Positions 49,237 to 52,350 of a stretch of 52,350 nt of DNA are shown one piece after another. Each line of letters opens with the position of its first letter. The stretch's first letter is position 1. Both the position numbers and the translations under genes were made by a program. Origin of the DNA: Macrostomum lignano (lineage: Eukaryota); the NCBI GenBank assembly GCA_002269645.1, contig NIVC01004267.1:1-52350 (forward strand), in the 5' to 3' direction. The notes below the pieces were generated by a model. That model searched no databases. It saw only the letters and a list, made by a program, of their open reading frames with translations, and was not told where the DNA came from.

Positions 49237-50232
49237 ATGCAGCAGCTTATCGACCACTACGCACGTTATGCCAAGAGTCGTTAGCGACAAGCCAGTCTAT
49301 GTCCGAATCATGTGGCTATTGATCTACCTGAGTACGTTGGCCCTTTTCATGAAAGGCTTGGCAACAGGGTGTTTGAGTCTATCTGACGCCACCCGGTAAG
49401 TACCCAACTCATTTTGTGACGTCATTCTCGCTTTACACTGGACAGCACCACGCCGTTGAGATTCGAATGCGCGGCAAAGTTACCAACCAGGCTAGTTTGA
49501 CTGTCTGAGTGAACTCCCAGAAGTGCAGTTTTTGAACCCGTATGATCATAATCCATACAATTATACGTAGAGTTATTCATATTGTTACTACTACGAGTAT
49601 CACTGTGAGTTTCTGAAGCTATTCAACTTCTCGGGACAACTGAGTCCATTTCCGTGGCCGCTGAGAGGCAAGAACTTTATATTGAATACTTCCATCATAG
49701 ATTGGATTGGATATTTGATAGTAAAAGTACAATGTGAAAAATGTCTTCAATATATAAAACACTAACTGATCACTGCAATTCGAAGTGACCTTGTAAAACC
49801 CTCGACTACACAGCGTGTGTCTCCAGCGTTGATTGGCCCACCGAGAGCTCGATGACTTCCTTCATCAATGACGTCATTCCAGCTGTTAAAGTGCAAGCTC
49901 GGACAAAGGGTCAAGTGGCGCCTGTAATAGATTTTTTGTTTGCTGAAAATAAATCAACTGTAACCTCCTATGTGAGCAAAAACCTGCTGAAAGTTCACCT
50001 GAAACCAGCTTGTACGCTTTGTTTTGGTGCGTCGTTCTCGAGGGACTACGGACTATCATATTTTCTGTCGGATATTGGCGGCATCATGGGAATCTAGTTG
50101 GGCATGTCGTTGATGACAGTGTGCGAACTGTTCGAACAGATATTTGATCTGCTCTATTTCAATAAGCGGACGATTTCTACGACACCTTCTGTGCCTGATT
50201 TTTCATCTGAGCGGAATTCTTCCGCAGGCTGA
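49237..50232 (+). pseudogene. DEG/ENaC pseudogene (copy 5) with a large internal deletion
   Basis: TTHVMPRVVSDKPVYVRIMWLLIYLSTLALFMKG joins directly to GV*VYLTPPGKYPTHFVTSFSL; later SYSYCYYYEYHC, PWPLRG, VDWPT and FLSDIGGIMGI*LGMSLMTVCE. Several stops and frameshifts. Confidence 0.92.
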
Positions 50233-50574
50233 CACTTTTAAAGTTCTTATTAAAGATTTTTTAAATAAAATTCTTCGTTACACTGCATAAAAATATACTA
50301 ATAAAATAATAGGGATCCAAAGAAGATAACTATTTACCTGCTTAAAGCTATTAACATCATACAAATCTTTCTGCTTTGAAGTTGAACAAACTGTCCAGAT
50401 GACAAAAAAACACATTTGGCTTGGATGGTAAGTTAGTAGGAACAATCAAGTAATATTGGGACAATGCGAAAAGTCACTCTTTAATGCTACTGAATTCTAA
50501 AGCTAGGAAGCGCCTTCATAGATGACGATTTATTGAACAAATAAGATCGTTTTTAATGTTTCAGTCAGGGCCTG

Positions 50575-50826
50575 GGATGGGATGTCTCGGCGATTCTAGT
50601 CGTCTGGTCCGACAAGTTATCGATTGCAGTCTGTTTGGTCCGGAGCTGAACTTCGGGCTCCATTCCAGAGCCTTAAATTGACATGAGATCCCCATTTTAT
50701 CCCCTTTATCCTCTGGGACCCCAAGGAAGGGACCCGGATGGGATGTCTCGGCGATTCTAGTCGTCTGGGCCGACAAGTTATCGATTGCAGTTTGTTTGGT
50801 CCGGAGCTGAACTTCAGGCTCCATTC
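50575..50826. repeat. 91-bp direct duplication (50575-50665 and 50736-50826)
   Basis: Three mismatches in 91 bp; origin unknown. Confidence 0.9.
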
Positions 50827-52350
50827 TGGTGCTTAAGTTGACATCCCCTTTTGCTTTTTGTTCTGTTGTAAAAACTATCTCACAGAGAAAACACATCGGG
50901 TGATATATACCCCTCAGGAACACTGGAGACATACTTTAAAAAGACAGTCCTAAAAATGGGGTACAATTTCGAAAAGAACAACTTGTCAAGATAAACAAAA
51001 AACCTAGACAGAATTTTCCATAATTTCGGAATCACATAATCGATTTTGACAATTTTGGTCTTGTTGTAAAGCAGAATAAATTATTGTACTAAAGACTAGC
51101 TGGGCACGTTTGATAAAGAGTTTTCCTGACAAAGAGTTGTCTGATCGTGTACCTTTCACTCTAACCCCCTAATTTACTCTTGGCGCCTTTTATAAATCTG
51201 TTTTTGCACTTATCGATTCCGCGGTATAGCACTGCTAATCTTAATCTCAACATTGGCACATTTTACTGACACCTAAATCTGACACCATATGGGAAGTGTG
51301 TTAATCCCAGCACGCGTTCGGGGTTCCACTCGGTAATAAAACATTTCCCACAGAAACCTTACAGAGCTGATCTTTTATAAATAGAACTCCAGCACAATCA
51401 ATGTGCGTGCTTCCGTAGTGCTGACGTTAATGCGGGGACAAACTGTTTAGCTTACGTCCCAATAACATGAAAGATTTTTTATTTATTGCTGACTAAGGAC
51501 ATTTCAGTAGACCAACTAACGTACTATAATAAAGCAAATTTAATACAAGGTTTGTCTAGTAAATTGCTCAAAAGTAAATATATTTTTCCATGTTTCCGAA
51601 GATATTTTAGGTTTTTTTTGAATAACTAAATGCTAGTTAGCTTCTAAGTTTACTACACCATTACTAGCACCCAGAAAATATATTATTGAGTTGTCTTAGC
51701 TGCAAGTAACACTATTGCCAATGAATTTGCATGCAGCTAGCAGTCTGATTTCAGAAATGCCTGGCACAACGCTGACCACTGTGCTCGATATGAAAGGTGC
51801 GGGGAAGCCTTTTGAATTTAAGTCAATAATAACTCAGCAGTGAGTGCAAGTTGCTGGGGGAATGATTTTGAGACTGAAATATTCTCTCACCGCCAACAGC
51901 AGACTTTTACGGCCCTGCCCAGCCAGGAAAGGAGGCGAGTTGCCAAGGGGCGCTGAGTGTGCGCAGAGTTCAACCCCCAAGCCTCTTCCCCTAATCTGGC
52001 CAGTTGACCGAACCTTCCGATTAAGAGCCGATGCGATTTCGGTTTATTCTCAGTCTGGCAGTCCTTCAACGCCTCCCCCCCCGCGGCCAGGACAACTCTT
52101 AGCACAGAGTGCACTCCCAGGACCCCGTCGCTCTCTGCCGATTTGCTTCCCTGTTCTCTTAGGATTTGCTAGCAAAAACGATTCTACCCACCCTCCACCA
52201 CTGCATTGTGAGCGCTCGAAACCAGAGCGTATCCAGTTGTTAAGTAAAAAATCGGAGAAAGCGAGTGCAGCAAAAGAATTTTGTTGGCTGCTCCAATAAA
52301 AACTGCACAGCGATTTCACCCAGAAAGGACCGGATTCCGTAAGCATAATT

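Noticed and set aside
51840-52350. Possible LINE RT start (FHPERTGFRKHN) or other ORF at the window end
   Set aside because: One weak motif in a stop-containing frame, cut by the window edge; not supportable.

Overview
Eukaryotic, repeat-rich animal DNA. GT-AG introns, Q/A-rich GC-rich exons, dense minisatellites and expanded DEG/ENaC genes suggest a lophotrochozoan, plausibly a Macrostomum-like flatworm (inference only). 1-13.3 kb: a two-exon polyQ low-complexity gene (+), a lone first exon of a dynamin-like/DSTYK-like P-loop protein (-), and a four-exon PTB+SH2 adaptor (SH2D5/EGFRAP-like, -), interleaved with five different minisatellite arrays. 13.4-24.6 kb: a largely CpG-depleted, TpA-rich graveyard of hAT, Gypsy, P-element and Helitron-like remnants, a dead ORF and a 1.1 kb purine tract. 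24.6-33.5 kb: a full-length but disrupted Ty3/Gypsy element (both LTRs, PBS, PPT, GAGAG TSD) nested in a solo LTR, then a second, truncated Gypsy. 33.5-50.3 kb: a same-strand tandem cluster of five intronless DEG/ENaC copies (one intact, one with a single in-frame TAA, three decayed) with a strongly reduced cysteine-rich thumb. The cluster is interrupted by SINEs, a MITE, a probable CACTA remnant and a ~5 kb non-autonomous Helitron largely filled with a 23-bp satellite. Best leads: the minimal-thumb DEG/ENaC family in birth-and-death turnover, a frame-switching 28-bp VNTR at an exon boundary of the adaptor gene, and a RIP-like CA/CG-to-TA mutational signature in old repeats. All calls come from manual reading; no searches were run.
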